A DNA stretch of 64,000 bases from an uncultured Candidatus Entotheonella sp. (GTDB lineage: Bacteria > Tectomicrobia > Entotheonellia > Entotheonellales > Entotheonellaceae), in assembly GCA_965217185.1 (NCBI GenBank), contig OZ244252.1:1664001-1728000 (forward strand), written 5' to 3'. The position numbers and the translations under genes are program-made. Of the stretch, positions 38,669-48,357 are shown piece after piece (position 1 is the stretch's first letter; each line of letters begins with the position of its first letter). The notes under the pieces were generated by a model, which was not told where the DNA came from, did not search any database, and saw only the letters and a list, made by a program, of their open reading frames with translations.

Positions 38669-41600
38669 ATGAACATTCAGGAGTTATTGAAGGAACGCGT
38701 CCTGGTTCTGGACGGCGGGATGGGGACTTTCCTGCAGGCCAAGCCGCTCACGGCTGCCGATTTCGGCGGCCCCGACTATGAGGGTTGCTACGAACATCTG
38801 AACCTCACGCGGCCCGACGTGCTCCGCGACATCCACGGCGCCTACCTGCATGCCGGCGCCGACATTATCTGCACCAACACCTTCGGCGGCACACGCATCG
38901 TGCTTTCCGAATACAACCTGCAACATCAGGTGCACGCCATTAACGCCGCGGCGGCGCGCCTGGCGCGAGAAGCCGTCGCCGCACACAACACGTCGGACAA
39001 GCCGCGCTTTGCCGCCGGATCACTGGGGCCGCAGACCAAGACCATCACCGTTACCGGCGGCGTGACGTTCGACGAGGTCATCGATGCCTTCCGCGAGCAG
39101 ACCCTGGGGTTGCTGGAGGGCGGCATCGATCTGCTGCTCATCGAAACGGCGCAGGACACGCTGAACCTCAAGGCGACGGTCATGGGCGCCCGCCGCGCCA
39201 TGCTGGAGGCCGGACGCCAGGTGCCCGTGATGATTTCGGTGACCATCGAGCCCATGGGCACCATGCTCGGCGGCCAGAACGTCGAGGCGCTTTACACCTC
39301 CATCGCGCACTACGAGCCGTTGTCCATCGGCCTCAACTGCGCGACCGGCCCGGAGTTCATGACTGACCACCTGCGCAGCCTCGCCGACCTGTCATCCGTT
39401 CCCGTCAGTTGCCATCCCAACGCCGGCTTGCCGGACGAAGACGGTCACTACCACGAGACGCCGACCTCTCTCGCCACGCAGCTCGAACGCTTTATCGACA
39501 ACGGCTGGCTGCACGTCGCCGGCGGCTGCTGCGGCACGTCCCCACAACATATCGAAGTGTTGGCCGACATGGCACAGAGCAAGCGTCCGCAGCCGCCTGC
39601 GAACCGCACGGTTGTGGCCGTCTCGGGTCTGGACTATCTGCCCCTGGAAGCCGACAACCGCCCGGTCATCGTGGGCGAACGCACCAATGTCATCGGCTCC
39701 AAGCGTTTCCGCGACCTGATCAGCGCCGGCGAGTTTGAGCGGGCTGCCGACATCGGCCGCGCCCAGATCAAGGGAGGCGCACAAGTAGTAGACATTTGCC
39801 TGGCCAATCCAGACCGCGACGAATACGCCGACATGCAGCATTTCCTGAAATTCGTCGCCGGCAAGATGCGTGTGCCGCTGATGTTCGATTCCACCGAGGC
39901 GCCGGTCATTGAGTTGGCGCTGAAACACTCGCCCGGCAAGGCCATTGTCAACTCGATCAACCTCGAAGACGGCGAGGAGCGCTTCGCCGCTATCGTGCCG
40001 TTGCTGCGCACGTATGGCGCCGCGGTGGTGGTCGGTTGCATCGACGAGGACCCAGTGCAGGGCATGGGCGTCAGCCGCGAACGTAAACTGGCCATCGCCC
40101 AACGCGCTTACGACTTGCTCACCGCCGAATACGGCCTGTCGCCACGGGACATCATCTTCGACCCGCTCGTCTTTCCGGTCGGCACCGGCGACGAAAACTA
40201 CATCGGCTCAGCCGCCGAGACCATCGCCGGCGTCCAGGCGATCAAGGAACGGTTCCCTCTGTGCAGCACCATCTTGGGTATTTCCAACGTCTCGTTCGGC
40301 CTGCCCAACGCCGGACGCGAGGTACTGAACGCCGTATTTCTCTACCACTGCACCCGCGCCGGCCTGGACTATGCCATCGTCAACTCGGAACGGCTCGAGC
40401 GCTATGCCTCCATTTCGGAGGAAGAGCGCCAACTGGCCGAAAATCTGCTGTTCTGGCGCGGTGACGACCCCATCGGCGCGTTTAGCGGATTTTATCGAGG
40501 GAAAAAGCCCGGCGCCCGCAAGCCGACCGTCACCCTGCCCTTGGAGCAGCGGCTCCCGTCCTACGTGGTGGAGGGGAGCAAGGACGGCCTGTTTGCCGAC
40601 CTCGAGCAGGCCCTCGGACAGTACGCCGCCATGGAAATCATCAACGGCCCGCTGATGGACGGCATGTCTGAGGTGGGGCGGCTGTTCAACAACAACGAGT
40701 TGATCATTGCCGAGGTGCTGCTCAGCGCCGAGGTGATGAAGGCGTCGGTGGCCTACCTGGAGCCCTACATGGAGAAGGGCGAGAGCAGCCTGAAGGGCAA
40801 AATCATCCTGGCTACCGTCAAGGGCGACGTGCACGACATCGGCAAGAATCTGGTGGACATCGTGCTGAGCAACAACGGCTTTGAGGTCATCAACCTGGGC
40901 ATCAAGGTGTTGCCGCAGCAGTTGATCGAGGCGTACCGCGCCGAGCAACCGGACACCATCGGCCTGTCCGGGCTGTTGGTCAAATCGGCCCAACAGATGG
41001 TGTTGACGGCGCAGGACCTGCGCGAAGCCGGCGTCAAGGCTCCTATCCTGGTGGGCGGCGCAGCGCTGTCGAATCGCTTCACGGCGCTGAAGATCGCCCC
41101 CGCGTACGACGGTGCGCCGGTTCTGTACGCCAAGGACGCCATGCAGGGTCTCGACCTCGCCAACCAGCTCAGCAAGGATTCCCAGCGCGAAGACCTCGTG
41201 GCACGGGTGCAAGCGGAACAACAGGCGTTACGCCTGCGCGCCAGCGATGCCGAACCGCAGCGCGCCCCTGCCACGGCCAGTCGCGTCCAGCGCTCAGCGG
41301 TGCGTACCGACGTGCCGCTGCCCGGCGTCCCGACGTTCGAGCGCCTGGTGTTCCGCGACCTGTCGCTCGACTATTTGTGGCCCTATCTGAACCCGCAGAT
41401 GCTCTACGGCAAGCACATGGGCCTGCACGGCAACGTGCAGAAACGCTTCGTGCAGGGAGACTCCAAGGCCATCGCCATGAAAGAGCGCATCGACGCGGTG
41501 TTTCAGGAGATGGTAGACGCCCATCTGGTTAGCGCGCACGCCGTGTGCCGCTACTTCCCGGCGCAGGCCGAAGGCGATACCGTGCTCATCTACGATCCGG

Positions 41601-42115
41601 ACAACCCCGCCAAGTTGATTGAGCGCTTCACGTTCCCGCGCCAAAGCGGCGGCAAGCACCTCTGCCTGGCCGACTTCGTGCGGCCCGTCGAGTCGGGCGA
41701 CATGGATTCGGTCGCCTTCTTCGTCGTCACCTGCGGCCTGGGCGTGCGCGACCTGGCAGCCATGCACAAAGACGCCGGCGCCTACATGCGCTCCCACGCC
41801 ATCCAGGCCATCGCCATCGAGTTGGCGGAAGCCTATGCCGAGAAGCTGCATCAGGATCTGAGAGCTTGGTGGGACTTCCCCGACCCGCCGGAAATGACCA
41901 TGCGCGACCGCTTCCGGGCGGCGTATCGTGGTCTGCGGGTGTCGTTCGGCTACCCCGCCTGCCCGGACCTGGAGGATCAGGACAAGCTGTTTCGCCTGCT
42001 GCGCCCGGAGGCCATCGGCGTGCAGTTGACCGACGGTTTCATGATGGACCCCGAGGCGTCGGTGTCGGCACTCGTGCTGCATCACCCGGAGGCGGAGTAT
42101 TTTCGGGCCGAATAA
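38669..42115 (+). CDS. metH: cobalamin-dependent methionine synthase
   Basis: LDGGMGT, GLNC and GGCC (Zn), VGERTN pterin domain, GDVHDIGKN B12 motif, GYPACP reactivation domain. Confidence 0.97.
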   Translation: MNIQELLKERVLVLDGGMGTFLQAKPLTAADFGGPDYEGCYEHLNLTRPDVLRDIHGAYLHAGADIICTNTFGGTRIVLSEYNLQHQVHAINAAAARLAREAVAAHNTSDKPRFAAGSLGPQTKTITVTGGVTFDEVIDAFREQTLGLLEGGIDLLLIETAQDTLNLKATVMGARRAMLEAGRQVPVMISVTIEPMGTMLGGQNVEALYTSIAHYEPLSIGLNCATGPEFMTDHLRSLADLSSVPVSCHPNAGLPDEDGHYHETPTSLATQLERFIDNGWLHVAGGCCGTSPQHIEVLADMAQSKRPQPPANRTVVAVSGLDYLPLEADNRPVIVGERTNVIGSKRFRDLISAGEFERAADIGRAQIKGGAQVVDICLANPDRDEYADMQHFLKFVAGKMRVPLMFDSTEAPVIELALKHSPGKAIVNSINLEDGEERFAAIVPLLRTYGAAVVVGCIDEDPVQGMGVSRERKLAIAQRAYDLLTAEYGLSPRDIIFDPLVFPVGTGDENYIGSAAETIAGVQAIKERFPLCSTILGISNVSFGLPNAGREVLNAVFLYHCTRAGLDYAIVNSERLERYASISEEERQLAENLLFWRGDDPIGAFSGFYRGKKPGARKPTVTLPLEQRLPSYVVEGSKDGLFADLEQALGQYAAMEIINGPLMDGMSEVGRLFNNNELIIAEVLLSAEVMKASVAYLEPYMEKGESSLKGKIILATVKGDVHDIGKNLVDIVLSNNGFEVINLGIKVLPQQLIEAYRAEQPDTIGLSGLLVKSAQQMVLTAQDLREAGVKAPILVGGAALSNRFTALKIAPAYDGAPVLYAKDAMQGLDLANQLSKDSQREDLVARVQAEQQALRLRASDAEPQRAPATASRVQRSAVRTDVPLPGVPTFERLVFRDLSLDYLWPYLNPQMLYGKHMGLHGNVQKRFVQGDSKAIAMKERIDAVFQEMVDAHLVSAHAVCRYFPAQAEGDTVLIYDPDNPAKLIERFTFPRQSGGKHLCLADFVRPVESGDMDSVAFFVVTCGLGVRDLAAMHKDAGAYMRSHAIQAIAIELAEAYAEKLHQDLRAWWDFPDPPEMTMRDRFRAAYRGLRVSFGYPACPDLEDQDKLFRLLRPEAIGVQLTDGFMMDPEASVSALVLHHPEAEYFRAE

Positions 42116-42144
42116 CGCCAAACCCGTGATTGGGGGACCGAGAC

Positions 42145-42327
42145 ATGAAGATGCTCGCCTTTTTCGTCGTGCTCTATCTCGCGCATCGCTTCATGTTGTC
42201 CCAATCGCTGGCATACAAGGCCCGGATGCAGCGGTTCGACCGCAAGATCACCTGGCTCAACATCATGCTGGTCACGTACCTGGCAATCAGCTTCCTCGTG
42301 AAGGTGGTGCGCCATTTTGTGTTCTGA
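42145..42327 (+). CDS. small membrane protein (60 aa, two hydrophobic segments)
   Basis: Fills the gap in a co-directional cluster; two hydrophobic stretches. Confidence 0.6.
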   Translation: MKMLAFFVVLYLAHRFMLSQSLAYKARMQRFDRKITWLNIMLVTYLAISFLVKVVRHFVF

Positions 42328-42342
42328 CGAAAGGAATTCGGC

Positions 42343-42696
42343 ATGTCGCATCCACAGGCCGGCACAACCGTTCGCCTGAGCAGCCTGCACGAGGTGCCCG
42401 AAGGCGCCGGGCGGGAGTTCAGGGTCGGCAAGCGCTTCATCGCCGTGTTCCGGTATGGCGGCGAATTTTTCGCTCTGGAGGACGTGTGTCCGCACGCCGG
42501 CGCGCCGCTGAGCGAGGGCCCCGTGCACAACGGCACCATCATGTGCATGTGGCATGCCTGGCGCTTCAACCTGCGCGACGGCGTTTGCGTCAACATCCCC
42601 AAGGCGCCGCCGGTGCCCACCTATCCGCTCACCGTGCAGGGCGACGACTTGTTCGTGACCCTGCCGAACGACAGCGAGGAAGCCCCCTCCGCATGA
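42343..42696 (+). CDS. Rieske-type [2Fe-2S] ferredoxin
   Basis: CPH...CMWH motif; AAGGA RBS. Confidence 0.92.
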   Translation: MSHPQAGTTVRLSSLHEVPEGAGREFRVGKRFIAVFRYGGEFFALEDVCPHAGAPLSEGPVHNGTIMCMWHAWRFNLRDGVCVNIPKAPPVPTYPLTVQGDDLFVTLPNDSEEAPSA

Positions 42697-43226
42697 CCGT
42701 CAACGCGCCGTCAGATCGAATCCTTGGGTACCTTGGAGCCGTTTGGGGCCTTGCGGGCATCGCTGCCTTGCTGGGCTTCTCAGTATGGCGGCTGGCCGGG
42801 GTCGCCGCTAATGCCTGGTCATATGAATTTCATGTCCATCATTGGCTGGTCCTCGCAGCGCACGTCGCCTTCATGGCCTGGTCGGAGGGTTACCGCGGCT
42901 TTCAGCAGAACTTCTCACCGCGCATCGTAGCGCGCGCCCAGTATCTGATTGCGCATCCGCGCCCGGCGCACGTGCTGCTGGCGCCGTTTTTCTGCATGGG
43001 TTACTTCCACACCACAAAGCGGCGCATGATATCCGTGTATGCGCTGACGGTATTCATCATCCTGCTCATCGTTGCGGTGCGCTGGCTCGCGCAACCGTGG
43101 CGGGGGATTGTCGATGCCGGGGTGGTCGTCGGGCTGCTGTGGGGCCTCATTTCGATGGGCGCGTTCACGCTGCGGGCGCTGACCGCGGATGACTATCCGT
43201 ACGCTCCCGAAGTGCCGGAAGGCTAA
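42693..43226 (+). CDS. hypothetical integral membrane protein (about 4 TM)
   Basis: ATGA overlap with the ferredoxin; FMAWSEGYRGFQ and GIVDAGVVVGL segments. Confidence 0.75.
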   Translation: MTVNAPSDRILGYLGAVWGLAGIAALLGFSVWRLAGVAANAWSYEFHVHHWLVLAAHVAFMAWSEGYRGFQQNFSPRIVARAQYLIAHPRPAHVLLAPFFCMGYFHTTKRRMISVYALTVFIILLIVAVRWLAQPWRGIVDAGVVVGLLWGLISMGAFTLRALTADDYPYAPEVPEG

Positions 43227-43269
43227 ACGCCGCAGGCCAATCCCAACCCTGTCATTTCTGGAGGTGGCT

Positions 43270-44862
43270 ATGTCCTGGGTCAAAACGGTGCCGTGCTCCG
43301 AGTTGCAACGTCGTCCAGTGGTATTTCAACACCCGCCGAAGCAGGTGGCCTTGTTCAGCGTCGAAGGGTCGGTTTACGCCATGGACAACCGCTGCCCGCA
43401 CGAGGGCTATCCCTTGGTCGAAGGCCAGGTTGACGGCGCCTGCACCCTCACCTGCAACTGGCACAACTGGAAATTCCGCCTCGACGATGGCCGCTGCATC
43501 CTCGGCGGCGACAACGTGCGGTCCTACGAGACGCGCGTTGAGGACGGCTACGTGTGGCTCAACTTGGCCGATCCGCCGCCGGAGGTCGTGCAGGCAGAGA
43601 TTCTGGACGGCCTGCACGAGGCTTTCCGCAAGCAGGAATACGACCGCATCTGCCGTGAGTTGAGCCGCCTGCACTTTCACGGCTTGGACCCGCTGGTGGC
43701 GGTGCGCCGGGCAGTTGAGTGGTCGCACGATCGCTTGGAGTTCGGCTTTGTGCACGCCTACGCGGCCGCCGCCGATTGGCTGACCCTGGCACGGCAGCTT
43801 GCCGGAGAATGGGAACCGCAACTCATCTGCCTGGCGGAATCCATCGACCACATGGCAAATACGGCCTTGCGGCACCCCGCTTACCCGTTTGGCAACGCCG
43901 GCGAGGCGTTTACAGCCCAAGGCTTCGCCGACGCGGTCGAGGCGGAAAATCCGCAGGCCGCCGAGGGGATGGTTCTGCAAGGACTGGCCAAGGGCCTGCA
44001 CTGGCACGATATGCACGAGGCACTGGCCAGTGCTGCGCTGGCCCACTACAACGATTTCGGCCACTCGCTGATCTACGTCTACAAGGCATCCCAACTGATC
44101 GAGCACCTGGGAGTGGAGGTCGAACCCTTTCTGCTGCCCACCCTGGCGCGGCACCTCTGCTACACCACACGGGAGGACCTGCTGCCCGACTTCCGGGACT
44201 ACGCCGGCGCCCTGGCGGCCTTGCAATCCGGCGCCTGGGGGACATCCAAGGCTTGTGAGCCCCTACCCTACCCAGCGACGACCAAACAGGCGCTGGCATG
44301 GGTGGTAAGAAACGCCGCCTTGCACACCCCGGAGGCGCTCTACCAGGCGCTCCTGGAGGCCCTGGCCCGTAACTTCCTCTGCTACGACGCCACCTACGAT
44401 ACGCAGTACCACCGGCCCGTGAGCGACAACGTCAGCTGGCTGAGCTTCACGCACGGCATCACTTTTGCCAACGCGGTGCGGACGCAGTGTGCCGCCCTGC
44501 CGGCGCTGTGGGCGCCGGGCCTGCTGCAGATGGCCTGCTTCGTGGGGCGCAACCGCCGCTATCTGGACCTGGAACTCGCACAAAGAGAGGGGGAATGGGC
44601 CGTCGCGGACCCCGACGGCTTCTTTGGAGGGATTGCTGAGTTGCTGCTGGACCACGGCCTGCGGGAGCCCATTTACGCCGCCCACGTCGTCAAGACGGCA
44701 CGGGCCGTGCAGGAGGAACTACCCGACGCCTCTGAGACGTGCCATTTCTACCTGCTCGCCAGCCTGAATCGCTTCCTCCACTCACCCATCAAGCAGAAGC
44801 ACGCCCGCCGCCTTGCTCGCCAAGCCGCAGCACTGGTCGGGCGGGACTTTCAGGCATCGTAG
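43270..44862 (+). CDS. Rieske domain protein with a large helical His-containing C-terminal region
   Basis: CPH...CNWH at the N-terminus; GGAGG RBS before ATG 43270. Confidence 0.82.
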   Translation: MSWVKTVPCSELQRRPVVFQHPPKQVALFSVEGSVYAMDNRCPHEGYPLVEGQVDGACTLTCNWHNWKFRLDDGRCILGGDNVRSYETRVEDGYVWLNLADPPPEVVQAEILDGLHEAFRKQEYDRICRELSRLHFHGLDPLVAVRRAVEWSHDRLEFGFVHAYAAAADWLTLARQLAGEWEPQLICLAESIDHMANTALRHPAYPFGNAGEAFTAQGFADAVEAENPQAAEGMVLQGLAKGLHWHDMHEALASAALAHYNDFGHSLIYVYKASQLIEHLGVEVEPFLLPTLARHLCYTTREDLLPDFRDYAGALAALQSGAWGTSKACEPLPYPATTKQALAWVVRNAALHTPEALYQALLEALARNFLCYDATYDTQYHRPVSDNVSWLSFTHGITFANAVRTQCAALPALWAPGLLQMACFVGRNRRYLDLELAQREGEWAVADPDGFFGGIAELLLDHGLREPIYAAHVVKTARAVQEELPDASETCHFYLLASLNRFLHSPIKQKHARRLARQAAALVGRDFQAS

Positions 44863-45063
44863 AACACGGCATGTCAGCCGGTCACCGACGAAATTTCAAC
44901 TGCCACGCAATATTGTTATTTATCCACCCACATTGTTAGGTGTACACTGGCTCGCATTCCGCCTGAGCATTTATTCGTAGCATGTGCGCCGGCAAGCTCC
45001 CAAGCGCCCTTGTCGTGCGCTCCGCACCGGCACATGCGTCAACCTCACGAGAGGACGCAGTCG

Positions 45064-45333
45064 ATGGAAATTTTCGTCAGTAACATCCCGTTTACTTCCA
45101 CCGAGGACGACATCCGGCAACTTTTCGACGAATTTGGCACCGTGGAACGGGTCAGCGTCATTACAGACCGGGAAACCGGTCGCTCACGCGGCTTTGGCTT
45201 TGTGGGCATGCCGAACGACGACGAGGCGCGCGCCGCCATCGAGGCCCTGAATGGCATCGAGATCGAGGGCCGCACGTTGACCATCAACGAAGCTCGCCCG
45301 CGCGAGCCGCGCTCGAACCGCCGCGATTGGTAA
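45064..45333 (+). CDS. RRM RNA-binding protein (Rbp-like)
   Basis: RNP2 IFVSNI, RNP1 RGFGFV, DRETGRSRG and NEARPR motifs. Confidence 0.95.
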   Translation: MEIFVSNIPFTSTEDDIRQLFDEFGTVERVSVITDRETGRSRGFGFVGMPNDDEARAAIEALNGIEIEGRTLTINEARPREPRSNRRDW

Positions 45334-45381
45334 ACCGAACCGCGCACCCTACAACCTTCCTGAAGCAAGGTAGAATGACGG

Positions 45382-46068
45382 ATGCACGAGGACCCTTCCA
45401 TCGTGATTTGGCCAAACTACCAGGAATTCCGAAGCTGGCTGGAAACGGAAGTCCACGGCCTCAGCGACGCTCAACTCAACTTCGACTCTCAAGACCCGGG
45501 GCGCGAATGGATGTGGTGGTCCATTCGCCGCCAGGTCAGCCACATCGCCTGGGTCTTCCTGGCGGTCATGCGGCGCCGTTGCCACACTTTTCTGTGGCCC
45601 GACGGAAACATCCCAACGCCGATCCGCTGGGAGGACCACAATCTCGCCAACATGAAGTCCGATCGCCGCCTCGATGAAGAACAGCACTGGGAAATCGGGG
45701 ATCTACTGGACAAAGTGAGGCTCGGGGCCGAGTGGGCCACGCAGGTCGTCGGCACGACACCGGTCGAAACCCTGCGCGCCACGCAGTCCGTGCACCGGGC
45801 CACGGCGTTCTGGAAGCATGTCATCCAGGTGCTGCCGCGCGGCGCCAACGTCGAGCCGGATGACCCCGGCCGCATTCGCTACACCTTGGAAGCCTCGCTG
45901 TGGATGTTGTACTGGGAGGTATTGGCGCATCTGTTCACGATTCAGCGCCTCAAACATGCTCAGGGCTTGGCGACCCGAGTCGCCATTCCGCGGGTGGGCT
46001 ATCTGACCTTGCCGGAGTATACGGGCGAGAGCGAGGAAGCCGCGCCGGGTTTCGTGCCCCTCACCTAA
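45382..46068 (+). CDS. DinB-like superfamily protein
   Basis: GLSDAQL...WSIRRQVSHIA and E..AH...I pattern. Confidence 0.6.
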   Translation: MHEDPSIVIWPNYQEFRSWLETEVHGLSDAQLNFDSQDPGREWMWWSIRRQVSHIAWVFLAVMRRRCHTFLWPDGNIPTPIRWEDHNLANMKSDRRLDEEQHWEIGDLLDKVRLGAEWATQVVGTTPVETLRATQSVHRATAFWKHVIQVLPRGANVEPDDPGRIRYTLEASLWMLYWEVLAHLFTIQRLKHAQGLATRVAIPRVGYLTLPEYTGESEEAAPGFVPLT

Positions 46069-46910
46069 TTCTCTGCCCCACCGGAATCGCTACCGTTCCA
46101 AGCGGTTTCATCTATCCCGGACAATAACCGGATACTGTACAACCGCGCGCTGGAACGGCTCTTCGTGTGACCCGACTGTGCCTCAAAACTAAGCCCGACA
46201 ATGGTTGGAGCTTGCTGGTGCTCACGCCAATAGTCGGGGAACTGCTCGCGGAAGTAATCCAACAAATTAACCCGATCGGTGAACACACCGCCCTCACCGC
46301 CACTACGCAGAGCGATGTATTTCACGTGCGGGTAAAGGCACAGGATCCGTGCGTCCGCGGGGCCCTCGCGCGGCGGGATGCAGGTATATATATCGCCGAC
46401 GGTCTCCGTCTCGCCCCAGAAAAAAGCCAGCATGCGCGGCAGATCGGGACGGCCGGCGGTGGGCAACTTGTCGCCGAAAAGCACCTGAACGACGATGGCA
46501 CGGTCGTTGCGATCATATAGGTCCATGGCGGCACCGCTGGGAAACGCCTCAACGCCCCAGACCAATTCCAGAACGGGGAATTCCTGCGGATCGAGATTGA
46601 CTTCACTGCCCCAGATGAAGAACGACTCGTCAGCCGCGACGCGTAGAAACCGGTTTTGAGCCGGCCCGGCGAAGTCCAGGGGTTTGCCTTTTCCGATCAA
46701 CACAATCGGCCACACCTGCTCCCAGCCGTTTTTTCGCAGCCATCTATTCGCCGAAACGATCGGCGCCTCCGCCCCGTTGGAAGCGCGGACATCCGCGTCT
46801 GGCATATCGGAAAAGCGCACGGTATATGCCTTCGGGGCTGTCCAGGCCATGGTGCTCGCCAAGTAGAGGACGATCAGCACCAACATCGTTCGCTGCCAGT
46901 TTCCTCGCAC
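46065..46910 (-). CDS. secreted protein, DUF3047-like
   Basis: GAGGAGG RBS before GTG 46910; signal peptide; P.LELVW.V, ND.A..V.V.F and V.YIALRSG pattern. Confidence 0.55.
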   Translation of the reverse strand: MRGNWQRTMLVLIVLYLASTMAWTAPKAYTVRFSDMPDADVRASNGAEAPIVSANRWLRKNGWEQVWPIVLIGKGKPLDFAGPAQNRFLRVAADESFFIWGSEVNLDPQEFPVLELVWGVEAFPSGAAMDLYDRNDRAIVVQVLFGDKLPTAGRPDLPRMLAFFWGETETVGDIYTCIPPREGPADARILCLYPHVKYIALRSGGEGGVFTDRVNLLDYFREQFPDYWREHQQAPTIVGLSFEAQSGHTKSRSSARLYSIRLLSGIDETAWNGSDSGGAEN

Positions 46911-46932
46911 GTCAAGCCTCCTCGTAAAGGGG

Positions 46933-48357
46933 TTACGCCTCAGCCTTTTGCCGCAATGCCGTGAGCAACCGCTCATGGATGTTGTCAAAACCGCCGTTGG
47001 ACATGACAACCACCAAGTCCCCATCCTGTGCCTCACCCGACACCTGCGCAACGATGGCAGCGGTGTCCGGGTGGAACCACGCCGCCATCCCCCGCGCCTT
47101 CAACGCCTCAGCCACCTGCTGTTCCGACAGCCGTTCGTCGGCCGCAAGTTGCTCTTTGCGGTACACCTCGGCGATGACCACGCGGTCAGCGCGGCTCAGC
47201 GCATCGACGTAAGCCTCTTGAAACACCTTGCGTCGAGTCGTCGCGGAGCGTGGCTCAAAAACGGCCCACACACGGGCGCCGGGATACGCCTGCCGTAGAC
47301 CTTCCAGCGTCACGCCGACGGCCGTCGGGTGATGCGCGAAATCGTCGATAACCGTGACGCCGCCAACCTCGCCGCGCACCTCACACCGCCGCTTCAGGCT
47401 GGCAAAGCTCGCCAGCCCCGAGGCAATGCGTTCTTTCGGGACCCCCAGCCGGTGTGCGACGGCAATCGCCGCCAAGGCGTTACACACGTTGTGGGGACCA
47501 AACAGCGTTGTCACGAAACGCCCGAACCCTTTGCCGCCGTGGAGAACCTCCATCACCGTGCCGCCTGCCCCGGCGCCCCACTCAGCCGCCTGCCAATCGG
47601 CGCCCGCCTCCAATCCGTACGTCTGCACGCCGCCGGCAATCGCCTCTTCGGCGCATAAGGAGCGCACGCCGGGGTCGTCGGCGCACGCAATCAGGCAGCC
47701 CTCAGCGGGCAACAGGCGAACGAAGCGGGCGAAAGCCGACCGCACGTGCGCCAGGTCCCGGTAGATGTCGGCGTGGTCGAACTCCAAGGCCGTCAATACC
47801 GCCGTGCGCGGACGGTAATGCAGGAACTTGGGGCCCTTGTCGAAATAGGCGCTGTCGTATTCGTCGCCTTCCACGACAACATGCTCCCCACCACCCAAGC
47901 GAATGGGAGCAGGAAAATTGCGCATCACGGCGCCGACAAAAAAACCAGGGTCCAGACCAGCGTTCTCCAGAAGCCAAGCGATCAATGCCGTCGTGGTGCT
48001 CTTGCCGTGGGTGCCGGCGACCACCACGGCATGCCGCTCACCGATGAGAAAATGCGCCAACGCTTGCGGAAACGACATCACGGGAACGCCACTCTGCTCC
48101 GCCGCTTCGGCCTCGGGATTACCCCGCGACACGGCGTTGCCCACGACGACCAGATCGGGGCGCGGCTGTAGGTGGGCGGCCTTGAATCCCTCGTATAACG
48201 GGATACCCCAGTTTTGCAGTTGCGTGGACATCGGCGGATAGATGTGCTGATCGGAACCGGTGACCCGGTGGCCGAGGGTCTTCAGGAGGACGGCCAGGCT
48301 ACCCATGCCCGTGCCGCAGATGGCGATGAGATGGATGTGCTGCGGGCGTAGAGTCAC
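46933..48357 (-). CDS. mpl: UDP-N-acetylmuramate:L-alanyl-gamma-D-glutamyl-meso-diaminopimelate ligase
   Basis: ICGTGMG, YPPMS, AGTHGKSTT, EGDEYDSAYFDK, DHADI, DDFAHHPTA and FEPRS motifs. Confidence 0.93.
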   Translation of the reverse strand: MTLRPQHIHLIAICGTGMGSLAVLLKTLGHRVTGSDQHIYPPMSTQLQNWGIPLYEGFKAAHLQPRPDLVVVGNAVSRGNPEAEAAEQSGVPVMSFPQALAHFLIGERHAVVVAGTHGKSTTTALIAWLLENAGLDPGFFVGAVMRNFPAPIRLGGGEHVVVEGDEYDSAYFDKGPKFLHYRPRTAVLTALEFDHADIYRDLAHVRSAFARFVRLLPAEGCLIACADDPGVRSLCAEEAIAGGVQTYGLEAGADWQAAEWGAGAGGTVMEVLHGGKGFGRFVTTLFGPHNVCNALAAIAVAHRLGVPKERIASGLASFASLKRRCEVRGEVGGVTVIDDFAHHPTAVGVTLEGLRQAYPGARVWAVFEPRSATTRRKVFQEAYVDALSRADRVVIAEVYRKEQLAADERLSEQQVAEALKARGMAAWFHPDTAAIVAQVSGEAQDGDLVVVMSNGGFDNIHERLLTALRQKAEA

